Shown here piece by piece: positions 48,247 to 57,773 of a stretch of 64,000 nt of DNA. The stretch comes from an uncultured Dehalococcoidaceae bacterium (GTDB lineage: Bacteria > Chloroflexota > Dehalococcoidia > Dehalococcoidales > RBG-16-60-22). The DNA is taken from contig CAZLEY010000005.1 in assembly GCA_964558675.1 (NCBI GenBank), forward strand, positions 1,519-65,518. Reading direction: 5' to 3'. Positions within the stretch are counted from its first letter, which is position 1. The number at the start of each line of letters is the position of its first letter. The notes under the pieces were generated by a model. It was not told the DNA's origin, searched no databases, and saw nothing but the letters and a program-made list of their open reading frames with translations. Made by a program: the position numbers and the translations under genes.

Positions 48247-48294
48247 TTAAGTTCCGTTATGTGAATTAGATGTTCCGTTTTCCCAATTATACAT
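48247..48294 (-). promoter_or_regulatory. FAD-oxidoreductase promoter/operator: minus-strand TATAAT followed by two AACGGAAC direct repeats spaced 21 nt
   Basis: Plus strand: TTAAGTTCCgTTAtgTGAATTagatGTTCCGTTttcccAATTATACAT. A minus-strand TTGATA -35 candidate lies 18 nt upstream of the TATAAT. Confidence 0.45.
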
Positions 48295-48419
48295 GGCATA
48301 TTCCTTTTTTATCAAGTATTGCTTTTGATAGTAAACGGTAATGCCTCTTTTAAGACCGGTTGTAATAAATCGCCAGTTTTGATATTGTTCTTAGTGATAG
48401 ACAGAGAGCGGAGGTAGTA

Positions 48420-50075
48420 ATGCCCGGTAAGCGCAGGGAAGAATGGATAAAAAATATGCTGGAGCCGGCACTAAAGCGTTTTCCGGAGAGGCAGCCCGAA
48501 TTCAACCTCACCTCGGGTATTGAAATTCAGCCCCTTTATACAGGCGATGACCTTCAGGGAGTTGACCTGGAAGCATCGCCGGGGTATCCGGGAGATTATC
48601 CCTTCGGGCGTGGCATTCAGCCCACAATGTACCGGGGTCGACTCTGGACTATGCGGCAGTATTCCGGCTTTGCCTCAGCCGAGGAATCCAACCGCCGCTA
48701 CCGCTACCTTATGGAGCAAGGCCAGACCGGACTGAGCATTGCCTTTGACCTGCCCACCCAGATTGGTTACGACTCCGACCATCCTCTGGCGCGGGGTGAA
48801 GTGGGCAAGGTAGGCGTGCCTGTTGATACGCTCCATGATATGGAGGTTCTCTTCAGGGACATCCCGCTGGATAAAGTCAGCACTTCTATGACGATTAATG
48901 CCACCGCCCCGATACTGCTGGCTATGTATATTTCCCTTGCCCGGCGACAGGGAACAGACTTGTCTCGACTTGACGGCACTGTCCAGAATGACATCCTAAA
49001 GGAATACATCGCCCGCGGCACCTATATCTTCCCGCCCGGCCCGTCTTTAAGATTAACTACCGATATTTTTGAGTACTGCAGTCAAAATCTCCCCCGCTGG
49101 AATACCATCAGTATCAGCGGTTACCACATCCGTGAGGCCGGGTCGACGTCGGTGCAGGAAATCGCCTTTACCCTGGCCAATGGCATTGCCTATGTCCAGG
49201 CAGCTATAGAGCGGGGACTCAATGTTGACGATTTTGCCGGCCGTCTTTCTTTCTTCTTTGATGCTCATAATAACCTGCTGGAAGAAGTAGCCAAGTTCCG
49301 GGCAGCCAGAGTACTCTGGGCGAAAATTATGAAGGAGAGGTTTGGCGCCAGAGAGCCCCGTAGCTGTATGCTCCGCTTCCATACTCAGACGGCTGGATGC
49401 GCTCTCACGGCCCAGCAGCCCATCAATAATGTCGTCAGGGTGTCTATTCAGGCTCTGGCAGCTATACTCGGCGGCACGCAGTCGCTCCACACCAATTCCT
49501 ACGACGAGGCTTATGCCACCCCCGGCGAGGAAGCCGTAACCGCGGCGCTGCGCACACAGCAAATTCTCGCCTATGAGAGCGGCGTTGCCGATTCGGTCGA
49601 CCCGCTGGGCGGTTCGTGGATGGTGGAATCTCTGACGCGGGATATGGAGGAAGCGGCTGGTAAGTATATTGAGAAAATCGATTCCCAGGGCGGTGCTCTG
49701 GCAGCTATCGAGAGTGGTTTCCAGCAGCGTGAGATTCAGGAAAGCTCATACCGTTATCAGAAGGAAGTGGAGGCGGAAAGCAGGGTTATCGTGGGCGTGA
49801 ATAAATTTATTACACCTTATTCAAAGATAGAGGGACTCGTCCGGGTTAATCCTGGGGAGGCGAAAGAGCAGATAGCCGCACTGAATAGTGTTAAGCAGAA
49901 TCGCAACGCCGGTGATGTGGCTTCGGCACTGGAAAACCTGAAAAAGGTTGCCCGGGGTAATGAAAACACCATGCCTGCTTTTATTCGGTGCGTGGAAGCC
50001 TATGCCACAATGGGGGAAATCTGCGACACCCTTCGTGAAGTATTCGGTGTCCAGAGGGAGTTCCTTATTTTCTGA
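48420..50075 (+). CDS. methylmalonyl-CoA mutase, large (substrate-binding) subunit
   Basis: [44 protein letters not shown] and [12 protein letters not shown]. Confidence 0.9.
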   Translation: MPGKRREEWIKNMLEPALKRFPERQPEFNLTSGIEIQPLYTGDDLQGVDLEASPGYPGDYPFGRGIQPTMYRGRLWTMRQYSGFASAEESNRRYRYLMEQGQTGLSIAFDLPTQIGYDSDHPLARGEVGKVGVPVDTLHDMEVLFRDIPLDKVSTSMTINATAPILLAMYISLARRQGTDLSRLDGTVQNDILKEYIARGTYIFPPGPSLRLTTDIFEYCSQNLPRWNTISISGYHIREAGSTSVQEIAFTLANGIAYVQAAIERGLNVDDFAGRLSFFFDAHNNLLEEVAKFRAARVLWAKIMKERFGAREPRSCMLRFHTQTAGCALTAQQPINNVVRVSIQALAAILGGTQSLHTNSYDEAYATPGEEAVTAALRTQQILAYESGVADSVDPLGGSWMVESLTRDMEEAAGKYIEKIDSQGGALAAIESGFQQREIQESSYRYQKEVEAESRVIVGVNKFITPYSKIEGLVRVNPGEAKEQIAALNSVKQNRNAGDVASALENLKKVARGNENTMPAFIRCVEAYATMGEICDTLREVFGVQREFLIF

Positions 50076-50112
50076 AACCTCCGGGGAAAATGCGCAAGGA
50101 GTAATACAATCG

Positions 50113-50526
50113 ATGATTAAAAAGGTTCACCATATTGGTATTGCGGTAAAGAATCTCAAGGAGAGTATGGCTCTCTTCGAGCGTGTATTGGGAATAAAAC
50201 CAGCCGCTATCGAGGACGCTCCCTGCCAGAAGGTGAACGAGGCTATTTACAGGGTTGGCGAAGGTGTGGAGATTGACCTCCTCGAACCGACCGGACCCGA
50301 TAGCGCTGTTGCCAAGTTCCTGGAGAGGCGCGGTGAGGGTCTTCATCATATTTGTTTTGAGGTTGATGATGTTGATGCTGAATTAGAGGCGATGGAGAGG
50401 AAGGGGGTAGACCTGATTGACCGTAAGGGGAGAGATGGGGTGGCGGGTAAAATCGCTTTCATTCACCCCAAATCGGTAAACGGGGTACTTGTTGAGCTTG
50501 TCCAGCCCGGAAGCGAGGGAGAGTAA
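50113..50526 (+). CDS. methylmalonyl-CoA epimerase (VOC/glyoxalase family)
   Basis: Trimmed to MIKKVHHIGIAVKNL with AAGGAG upstream. GEGLHHICFEVDD. Confidence 0.85.
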   Translation: MIKKVHHIGIAVKNLKESMALFERVLGIKPAAIEDAPCQKVNEAIYRVGEGVEIDLLEPTGPDSAVAKFLERRGEGLHHICFEVDDVDAELEAMERKGVDLIDRKGRDGVAGKIAFIHPKSVNGVLVELVQPGSEGE

Positions 50527-50532
50527 TAGTCG

Positions 50533-50940
50533 ATGAGCCGGGAAATGATACGGGTGCTGGTGGCCAAGCCGGGTCTGGACGGACATGACCGCGGCGCTAA
50601 GGTAGTGGCCCGTGCCCTGCGCGATGCTGGCATGGAGGTAATCTATACCGGCATACGCCAGACCCCTGAGATGATTGTCGAGGCAGCCCTCCAGGAAGAT
50701 GTCGATGTTTTAGGGCTGAGCTGTCTCTCCGGAGCCCACATGGAGCTTTTCTCGGATGTTATGGAAAACCTTCGGCAGAAGGGCATGGATAATGTCCTGG
50801 TGCTGGCCGGCGGCATTATCCCCGAAGAAGATATCCCCGCCCTTGAAAAAATCGGCATTAAAGTTATCTTCGGTCCGGGCGTCCATACATCTGAAATTGT
50901 CGAGTCTATCAAGAAGCTGGCAGCGGATAGAAAGAAATAA
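50533..50940 (+). CDS. methylmalonyl-CoA mutase B12-binding small subunit
   Basis: [34 protein letters not shown] (DxHxxG cobalamin motif). Confidence 0.9.
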   Translation: MSREMIRVLVAKPGLDGHDRGAKVVARALRDAGMEVIYTGIRQTPEMIVEAALQEDVDVLGLSCLSGAHMELFSDVMENLRQKGMDNVLVLAGGIIPEEDIPALEKIGIKVIFGPGVHTSEIVESIKKLAADRKK

Positions 50941-51185
50941 GCCTCTCCACCCACCGCCCCGCCTCTTTGATTCTTTTCCCACCCGCCCGCCCTCGTAGCC
51001 TCGGCGGCTTGTCCTGTAAGATATCCCCCCCCCATACATGTCATTGCGAGGAGACGCAGGCGACGAAGCAATCTCTATCTTCGGCCTACCCTACTACTCT
51101 AAGCGGCTTATCCCTCGGTTTATCCCCCTTTGGTAAAGGGGGACCAAGGGGGATTTCTCTTTCATAAATCCCTCTCAAAATATCT

Positions 51186-51243
51186 CCCCCTCTCCAAACA
51201 GTAGATTGGAGAATGCACTTGATAATCATGTTTGGAGAGGGGG
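51186..51243. repeat. long perfect hairpin CCCCCTCTCCAAACA-N28-TGTTTGGAGAGGGGG within a palindrome-rich intergenic region
   Basis: 15-bp perfect arms. Neighbouring palindromes lie at 51122-51154 (CCCCCTTT-ggt-AAAGGGGG, or alternatively ATCCCCC...GGGGGAT). Confidence 0.6.
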
Positions 51244-51375
51244 ACACAGGTCGAAGACTCTTGGAGGGGTGAGGCAGAAAAATAACCTCTGTTATTGAAC
51301 TCTGTTTGACAAACCTCAGTACATCCCATAAATTAAAGATATTAGAACGTAAATGTTAAAGGAGGATAGCTGCTT

Positions 51376-52164
51376 ATGGAATGGGGAATGGCCAACCGCC
51401 TGGCGCAGTTAGTTCAGTCGGACGGACGTTGCCTCTTTATGCCTATTGACCACGGCTATTTCCAGGGCCCGACCAGGAAGCTGGAAGAGCCGGGCAAAAC
51501 ACTGGCGCCGATTTTGCCCTATGCCGATGCTGTCTTCGTTACCAGGGGCGTGCTGCGCTCGTCGATAGCCCCGGATAACACCAAACCGATTATTCTCAGG
51601 GTGTCCGGCGGCACCAGCATGGTCGGGGCTGACCTGGCTAATGAAGGCATCACCACCGATATTGATGAGGTTATACGGCTTAATGCTTCGGCGATGGGCC
51701 TTTCTATCTTCGTCGGCACCGACTACGAGAAAGAGTCACTGCTGAACCTTTCCAAGCTGGTAGACCAAGGTGAGAAGTATGGTATACCTGTAATGGCGGT
51801 TACGGCCGTGGGCAAGGAACTGGAGAAACGCGATGCCCGCTACCTTTCGCTTTCCTGTCGCATCGCCGCGGAGCTCGGTGCCAGGATAGTAAAGACCTAT
51901 TGGTGTGAGGGCTTTGAAAAGGTGGTGAGGGGCTGTCCCGTGCCCGTAGTCATGGCAGGCGGACCCCGGACAAAAACAGAGCTTGAGGTATTCGAGTTTG
52001 TTCATGACGGCATACAGAAAGGTGCCATCGGCGTTAACCTGGGGAGGAATATCTGGCAGGACGCATATCCGGTGGCTGCGATAAAGGCGATACGCGCCAT
52101 CGTGCATGATAATGCCACTCCAGAACAGGCGCAGGAAATTTACGATACAGTTAAAAATGAGTAG
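51376..52164 (+). CDS. DhnA-type class I aldolase (FbaB/AroA'/LsrF family)
   Basis: LFMPIDHGYFQGP, IVKTYW (Schiff-base Lys region) and VVMAGGP. An alternative start is Met5 at 51388. Confidence 0.8.
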   Translation: MEWGMANRLAQLVQSDGRCLFMPIDHGYFQGPTRKLEEPGKTLAPILPYADAVFVTRGVLRSSIAPDNTKPIILRVSGGTSMVGADLANEGITTDIDEVIRLNASAMGLSIFVGTDYEKESLLNLSKLVDQGEKYGIPVMAVTAVGKELEKRDARYLSLSCRIAAELGARIVKTYWCEGFEKVVRGCPVPVVMAGGPRTKTELEVFEFVHDGIQKGAIGVNLGRNIWQDAYPVAAIKAIRAIVHDNATPEQAQEIYDTVKNE

Positions 52165-52180
52165 GTCATCGGATAATAAG

Positions 52181-53209
52181 ATGCGCGTTGCCAGGTGGTA
52201 TAACAACCGTGATGTGCGCGTGGAGGAAATGCCCGTACCGAAAATCGGGCCCGGCGAAATGCTGGTGCGCGTGGTTGCCAGCGGCATCTGCGGCAGCGAT
52301 GTCATGGAGTGGTATCGCCTTGACCGGGCGCCGCTGGTGCTGGGACACGAAATTGCCGGCGAGGTCGTGGCGGCAGGAGAGGGCGTCGAGCGGTATAAAG
52401 TGGGTGACCGTATAGCTGTCGCCCATCATGTGCCCTGTAATACCTGTCACTACTGTCTGAGTGGCAACCATACTGCCTGCGATACCCTCCGCCGCACCAA
52501 TTTCGACCCCGGTGGCTTTGCCGAGTACGTCCGCCTGCCGGCTATAAACGTTGACCGCGGCGTCTTTCCCCTGCCGGACGAGGTGTCTTTTGAAGATGCC
52601 ACCTTTGTTGAGCCGCTGGCATGTGTCCTGCGGGGACAGAGGCGGGCAAATCTGCAGCCGGGTCAGGCCGTACTCGTTATCGGCAGTGGTATTTCCGGGT
52701 TGCTCCATATCCAGCTGGCCCGTGCACTGGGCACAGGCCGCATCGTGGCTACAGACATCAGCAGCTACCGGCTGGAGGCCGCGAAGCGATTAGGGGCTGA
52801 TATGGCTATAAATGCTGATGAGTATTCACTGGACCACCTGCGTGAAGCGAACAATGGCCTTCTGGCTGACCTTGTCATTGTGTGCACCGGTGCCGTGCCG
52901 GCAGTCAGTCAGGCGTTATCATCGGTTGAGCGTGGCGGCACTATTCTTTTATTTGCGCCCACCGCCCCTGGCGTTACCATTCCCCTCTCTATTAATAACC
53001 TGTTCTGGCGCAGTGATATAACGCTTACCACTTCCTATGCCGGCAGCCCGGCCGATTATGCGGCGGCCCTCAGGCTCATCCGTGCCCGCCGCGTGCCGGT
53101 GCATGAGATGATTACCCATCGTCTGAGTCTGGAGGAAACGGGCCTGGGCTTTCAGCTTGTCGCCGGTGCTCAGGAATCACTCAAGGTCATTATCGAACCA
53201 CAGCGATAG
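52181..53209 (+). CDS. Zn-dependent medium-chain alcohol/threonine/sorbitol dehydrogenase family protein
   Basis: Trimmed to MRVARWYNNRDVRVEEMPVP. GICGSDVMEWY, GHEIAGEV, the structural Zn site CNTCHYCLSGNHTAC and GSGISGL. Confidence 0.85.
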   Translation: MRVARWYNNRDVRVEEMPVPKIGPGEMLVRVVASGICGSDVMEWYRLDRAPLVLGHEIAGEVVAAGEGVERYKVGDRIAVAHHVPCNTCHYCLSGNHTACDTLRRTNFDPGGFAEYVRLPAINVDRGVFPLPDEVSFEDATFVEPLACVLRGQRRANLQPGQAVLVIGSGISGLLHIQLARALGTGRIVATDISSYRLEAAKRLGADMAINADEYSLDHLREANNGLLADLVIVCTGAVPAVSQALSSVERGGTILLFAPTAPGVTIPLSINNLFWRSDITLTTSYAGSPADYAAALRLIRARRVPVHEMITHRLSLEETGLGFQLVAGAQESLKVIIEPQR

Positions 53210-53467
53210 ATACATAAGTCCTGATGATGGTGCATATCAGCATATCTTGATACCCTCCACCGGAGACTTGACAATGTATCCTGTCTCTGTTAGATTATTG
53301 GTTGCATAGGCTGGTGATGAATCCAGCTTTTTCTTTTATAATAGAATATTCTATTCCTATCGCTCTTCTTCCAATGCTGCCGGTATAGAATTACACCGGT
53401 CATTTATAATCAAATTCTCTCCTGATATACAGGAAGCTTATTAGACTCTGTGAAAAGGCAGGACAAA

Positions 53468-53689
53468 ATGGAGATAGAGTATGGTACGTCTGTGGTAGAC
53501 AAAGATAATAAGGCTCTGGGTAAGGTTGACTATATCATCATGGATAGCTGGTCAGGAGAGCCGCGTAAATTTATGGTGCGTCGCCAGGCAACAGGTGCGG
53601 CTGTGTACTTCACGCCTGAACATGTAGCCGAGGCAACCAAAGAAATGGTAAAACTTAATCTTTCTGTTGCAGAATTGGAACAGACTTGA
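53468..53689 (+). CDS. small PRC-barrel/DUF2171-like protein
   Basis: MEIEYGTSVVDKDNKALGKVDYIIMD...VYFTPEHVAEA. Motif-level resemblance only. Confidence 0.4.
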   Translation: MEIEYGTSVVDKDNKALGKVDYIIMDSWSGEPRKFMVRRQATGAAVYFTPEHVAEATKEMVKLNLSVAELEQT

Positions 53690-53719
53690 TGTGATTTTCA
53701 TGGCCGAGGAAGGTGGAAA

Positions 53720-53938
53720 ATGATAGAGATAAAGTGCCCTAACTGTGAATCTGTCGGGAAAATGTCCCTGGCTCAGACGTTGTATGAAGGCCCGTATCGC
53801 TGCTGGAAGTGCCGCAGTCTTTTTACCATAGTGCTGGCTAACAATAAATTACAGTCATGCAAACCGCTGAGTGAAGAGGAATTTGAGGCGTGGCAAGCAT
53901 TACAAAAAGCTACCAGGCGGCCGTCCGAGGATGATTGA
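53720..53938 (+). CDS. small zinc-ribbon protein
   Basis: CPNC...CWKC pair. GGAAGGTGG ribosome-binding site. Confidence 0.45.
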   Translation: MIEIKCPNCESVGKMSLAQTLYEGPYRCWKCRSLFTIVLANNKLQSCKPLSEEEFEAWQALQKATRRPSEDD

Positions 53939-53957
53939 GCTTTAAGGAGCATGTGAT

Positions 53958-54236
53958 ATGATTGATGTAACTGAACGAGCCAAAAAAGAGTTGAAGGACA
54001 TTCTAACTAAAAACGTTGAACACCCTGAGGCGTGTTTAAGGCTCAGGACAAATGAACAGGGACAACTCGGCCTGGGCATTGATATTGCCATGCCCGGAGA
54101 CGAAGTTGTCGAGTACGAAGGCTTAAAACTACTTCTGGTGGAAAGTGAACTGGCCGGCGGCCTTGAAAACATGGCCATTGATGTCGAAGAGAGCGATGAA
54201 GGAAGCCAGCTGGTTATAATTGATACACCCGGGTAA
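53958..54236 (+). CDS. HesB/IscA-fold-like small protein lacking the Cys ligands
   Basis: IDVTERAKKELKDIL...CLRLR...GLGIDIAMPGDEVVEYEGLKLLL resembles the Fe-S biogenesis fold. Weak. Confidence 0.4.
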   Translation: MIDVTERAKKELKDILTKNVEHPEACLRLRTNEQGQLGLGIDIAMPGDEVVEYEGLKLLLVESELAGGLENMAIDVEESDEGSQLVIIDTPG

Positions 54237-54501
54237 TACCACCATTCCTTACAAAGCTAAACTTGAATTCCATCATTTCTGTACTCACGTAGTATCAAAC
54301 TACGGCCATCGCACCTATCATCAGGCTTATATGCATGCGTATTTATACCTAGTCTGTGTCGGCTGCCGCTAAGCATAAAACGAAGGCCGGATACCAAACT
54401 TTTAGGTGTTATTGGCAGTTGGAAATAGGCATAGTAACGGAAGTCGGTCAAAACGGCGGGATGGTAGGATGATATTGGAAATAAAAAAGGAGGCCAAAAA
54501 G

Positions 54502-54663
54502 ATGCAGTTCGAAATGATAGTAGCGTTAGTAGTAGCCATCCCGATAATCCTGTTCCCAGCGGCTTTCGTTTGGTATCTTAACATCGGCGGTATTGTCCAG
54601 GCTGTTCGTGAGGCAAAGGCTGCCCGGGAGAAGAAAGCTGCCGCCGTCAAGACGACCGTCTAA
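54502..54663 (+). CDS. 53-aa single-pass membrane protein
   Basis: AAGGAGG 7 nt upstream of the ATG at 54502. MQFEMIVALVVAIPIILFPAAFVWYLNIGG followed by a Lys/Ala-rich tail. Confidence 0.4.
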   Translation: MQFEMIVALVVAIPIILFPAAFVWYLNIGGIVQAVREAKAAREKKAAAVKTTV

Positions 54664-54736
54664 CGAATACCGAAAATTCGCGGGAAGGAGGTAGAGGAAC
54701 TGAAGCCCGGCGAAACAGAAATAATGGACTCAAGCT

Positions 54737-54770
54737 AAGGCTGGATATTCCGAAAAGGGTATCCAGCCTT
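54737..54770. terminator. bidirectional terminator hairpin
   Basis: AAGGCTGGATA-N12-TATCCAGCCTT, 11-bp perfect stem between convergent genes. Confidence 0.55.
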
Positions 54771-54829
54771 GCTGTATTAAGACAAGTAGTATGGAACTTA
54801 TCATTCATTCTTCTCAAGTGACTTCAGCC

Positions 54830-55315
54830 TCATTGGAGTGCGCCAATTATGCCAGCTGCTGCCTGAACACAAACTAAAGCTGACAGAAGGACAATGCCTG
54901 CTACAGTAAATTTCCGGCCAAGGTGGGAGAACAAAGCCTTACGGTTCAACCACATATGGACTATGGCTCCTGCCGTCCACCCAAAATACCACCAGCGCCA
55001 CCATGGCTCGGGTGTCTGTCCATCAGCCTCCACAATCATTATGCCGAGCGCAAATACAGTGAGGATTAAGACCACCAGCTGCCTTTTGCCTCTGGCTGAT
55101 AGATTGGGCGTCCTCTTGAAAAATGAGAAATAAGGTCTGCGATTCAGCCAGAATACATGGAGCAGGATTATCACGGCAAATAAAGAAACGACATACCATT
55201 TGATAGTCGTAATTGCCGGTATCGGGCTGCCAGCCCACCACCAGTTACGCTGGTCTAATGCCCCGACCGCAAGCCAGAATATTATCAGACTAATGGCTAA
55301 GATACGCCTGGTCAT
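54830..55315 (-). CDS. integral membrane protein (4-5 TM), function unknown
   Basis: 161 aa, Trp-rich hydrophobic helices. AAGGAGGTG ribosome-binding site upstream. Confidence 0.5.
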   Translation of the reverse strand: MTRRILAISLIIFWLAVGALDQRNWWWAGSPIPAITTIKWYVVSLFAVIILLHVFWLNRRPYFSFFKRTPNLSARGKRQLVVLILTVFALGIMIVEADGQTPEPWWRWWYFGWTAGAIVHMWLNRKALFSHLGRKFTVAGIVLLSALVCVQAAAGIIGALQ

Positions 55316-55506
55316 TTTGGCACCTCCTTTGGCCGCTTTTATCTTAAAGGCAGACGACTGTTCGCGATAAATGCTTTGGATAAGGATTACATGTCCTTTG
55401 AGGTTGGCAAACTATTGTAATCCCTTATAGAATGGTTGTCAATACCGTTGGCTCCCTGATGCAGTATAGACATAGCTGGCGGTAAAGGCTATAATCTCAA
55501 ATAGAT

Positions 55507-56034
55507 ATGGATTCTGAATCCAGGCTGCACACTCTTCTCGCCGGGGCGGAGATAGAAGCCGCCGTCAGTAGGCTGGCTGAAGAAGTTACCAGGGACTATC
55601 AGGATAAGCGCCCCATTCTTATCGGCATTCTCAAGGGCGTTTTTGTATTCATGGCGGACCTCGTGCGGCAACTTGATTTCCCGCTGGAAGTTGAGTTCGT
55701 CCGGTTGTCGAGCTACGGCAGCGGCCGGCAGACTTCAGGCAGGGTAGAGGTGGTGCAGGGGCTGAGTTGCCCGGTTAAAGAAAGGCATGTACTCGTGGTT
55801 GAGGATATTGTCGATACCGGTATCACCGTTGCTTTTCTCATAGATTACCTGAGGAATGAAGAGCCGGCCTCCCTGAAGCTCTGTACCCTGATGGACAAAC
55901 CTTCCCGGCGGCGGGTTCCGGTTACCATCGATTATACTGGCTTTACCGTCCCGGACAAATTCCTGGTCGGCTACGGCCTGGACTGTGATGAGCAGTACCG
56001 CAATCTGCCCGATATAAGTTTTCTGGAGGACTGA
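55507..56034 (+). CDS. hpt: hypoxanthine phosphoribosyltransferase
   Basis: ILIGILKGVFVFMADLVRQL and the PRPP loop VLVVEDIVDTGIT. TATAAT at 55490-55495 lies only 11 nt before the ATG. Confidence 0.9.
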   Translation: MDSESRLHTLLAGAEIEAAVSRLAEEVTRDYQDKRPILIGILKGVFVFMADLVRQLDFPLEVEFVRLSSYGSGRQTSGRVEVVQGLSCPVKERHVLVVEDIVDTGITVAFLIDYLRNEEPASLKLCTLMDKPSRRRVPVTIDYTGFTVPDKFLVGYGLDCDEQYRNLPDISFLED

Positions 56035-56036
56035 TT

Positions 56037-57740
56037 TTGAGCGAGTTGAGTCGCCTCATATCTGTAGCCAGAGGTGAATCTCCCGCCGACCTTGTTATGG
56101 CCAATGCCCGCGTGGTCAACACCCTTAACGGCGAGGTTGAGGATGGCAATGTGGCGATTTACGGCGGCAGGGTGGCCGGTGTGGGCAATTACCAGCAGGC
56201 GAAGAAGGTAATTGATTTGAAAGGCAGATATCTGGCGCCGGGTCTCATCAACGGCCATACCCATCTGGAAAGCTCCATGCTTGATGTCGGACAGTATGCC
56301 CGGGCGGTGGTGCCGCACGGTACATCGGCGATAGTGACCGACCTCCACGAGATTGCCAATGTTTCTGGCCTGGAGGGGATAAGATATGTGCTGGACTGCG
56401 CTCGCCGCCTGCCCTTGGATATGTTTTTAATGGCTCCTTCCTGTGTGCCGGCTACCCATCTGGAGACTTCCGGGGCCAGCATCGGTCCCGAAGATATTCG
56501 CCGTATATTGCGGTGGCGGGAATGTATCGGACTGGGTGAGGTGATGAACTACCCTGGCGTTCTGGCCGGCGATACCGCTATGCTGGGTAAAATCGAGGCA
56601 GCCAGAGGTCGGGTTATTGACGGCCATGCCCCAGGTTTGACCGAAAAAGACCTGTCTGCCTATATCGCTGCCGGCATGCGTTCCGACCACGAGTCTGTAT
56701 CTCTGGATGAAGCCGAAGAGAAGTTAAAGCGGGGTATGTATGTCATGATAAGAGAGGGTTCGTCGGAGAAGAACCTGGATGCCCTGCTGCCTCTGGTTAC
56801 CGATAAGACCTATAACCGGTGTCTTTTCGTGGTTGACGACCGCAGTTGCGTTGACCTGCTCCGGGACGGTGATATTGATGCCGTGGTGCGCCGGGCAATC
56901 CGCCTGGGGCTTGAGCCGGTAAGGGCCATTCAAATGGCAACTATCAATACCGCCGGGTATTTCCGGCTGGACGGGCTGGGGGCGGTTGCCCCCGGCTACT
57001 TTGCCAACCTGATTGTGCTTGAGGATTTGGCTGATTTTAATATAAGTACGGTCTTCTACCGGGGTCGACTGGTTGCCGAAGAGGGGCAGCCGGTATTCCC
57101 TTCCTATAAACCGGCAGGCAACAGACTGACCGATACGGTCAAAATTAAACCGTTTACCGTTGATGCACTAAGGCTGAGGGCCTCCGGAGAGAGCCAGCCG
57201 GTTATTGAGGCTGTCCCCGGGCAGATAATCACCCGGAAGAAGCGGGAGAGTGTCAGTATTAAAGATGGGGTGGTTGTGCCCGATACCAGCCGGGACATTC
57301 TGAAGCTGGCGGTGGTGGAGAGACATCACGGCACAGGCAACATCGGCCTGGGGCTGATTACCGGTTTTGGCTTAAAGAGGGGGGCTTTAGCTTCTTCTAT
57401 CGCCCATGATTCGCATAATATCGTCGTGGTGGGCACCAGTGACATGGATATATATACGGCTATCAAAGAGGTTGAGCGCCTGCGTGGCGGTCTGGTCGTG
57501 GCAGTCGATGGCAAAGTCGTGGACAGTCTGGCCATGCCCATTGCCGGTTTGTTGTCTGCCGAGCCGCTGGAATCTGTAGTGGCCGGGCTGGAGAGGTTGG
57601 AGCGCACTGCCCGGGATTTGGGCACAACCCTGCCTTCTCCATTCGCCACTCTCTCGTTTCTGGCGCTGCCGGTAATCCCCGAGCTGAGGCTGACCGACCT
57701 TGGGCTGGTGGACGTGAATGAGTTTAAATTGATAGAATAA
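56037..57740 (+). CDS. ade: adenine deaminase
   Basis: TTG start with CTGGAGGA upstream. GLINGHTHLESSML. 567 aa, the typical length. Confidence 0.9.
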   Translation: MSELSRLISVARGESPADLVMANARVVNTLNGEVEDGNVAIYGGRVAGVGNYQQAKKVIDLKGRYLAPGLINGHTHLESSMLDVGQYARAVVPHGTSAIVTDLHEIANVSGLEGIRYVLDCARRLPLDMFLMAPSCVPATHLETSGASIGPEDIRRILRWRECIGLGEVMNYPGVLAGDTAMLGKIEAARGRVIDGHAPGLTEKDLSAYIAAGMRSDHESVSLDEAEEKLKRGMYVMIREGSSEKNLDALLPLVTDKTYNRCLFVVDDRSCVDLLRDGDIDAVVRRAIRLGLEPVRAIQMATINTAGYFRLDGLGAVAPGYFANLIVLEDLADFNISTVFYRGRLVAEEGQPVFPSYKPAGNRLTDTVKIKPFTVDALRLRASGESQPVIEAVPGQIITRKKRESVSIKDGVVVPDTSRDILKLAVVERHHGTGNIGLGLITGFGLKRGALASSIAHDSHNIVVVGTSDMDIYTAIKEVERLRGGLVVAVDGKVVDSLAMPIAGLLSAEPLESVVAGLERLERTARDLGTTLPSPFATLSFLALPVIPELRLTDLGLVDVNEFKLIE

Positions 57741-57773
57741 TACAGCGATATTAGTGCTTTGAAGGAGAACAAT

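Noticed and set aside
50756-51167. ORFs 50756..50998 and 50967..51167 in the intergenic block.
   Set aside because: Their translations are low-complexity (PPPR…, SLGLSPFGKGGPRGI) and derive from GC-rich palindromes. No ribosome-binding site is present.
55316-55506. Purine riboswitch upstream of hpt/ade. An imperfect inverted repeat, ATAAGGATTACA…TGTAATCCCTTAT, is present.
   Set aside because: It lacks the conserved junction sequences (UAUAAU…GUUUCUACC…CCGUAAA…GACUAUG) of purine riboswitches.
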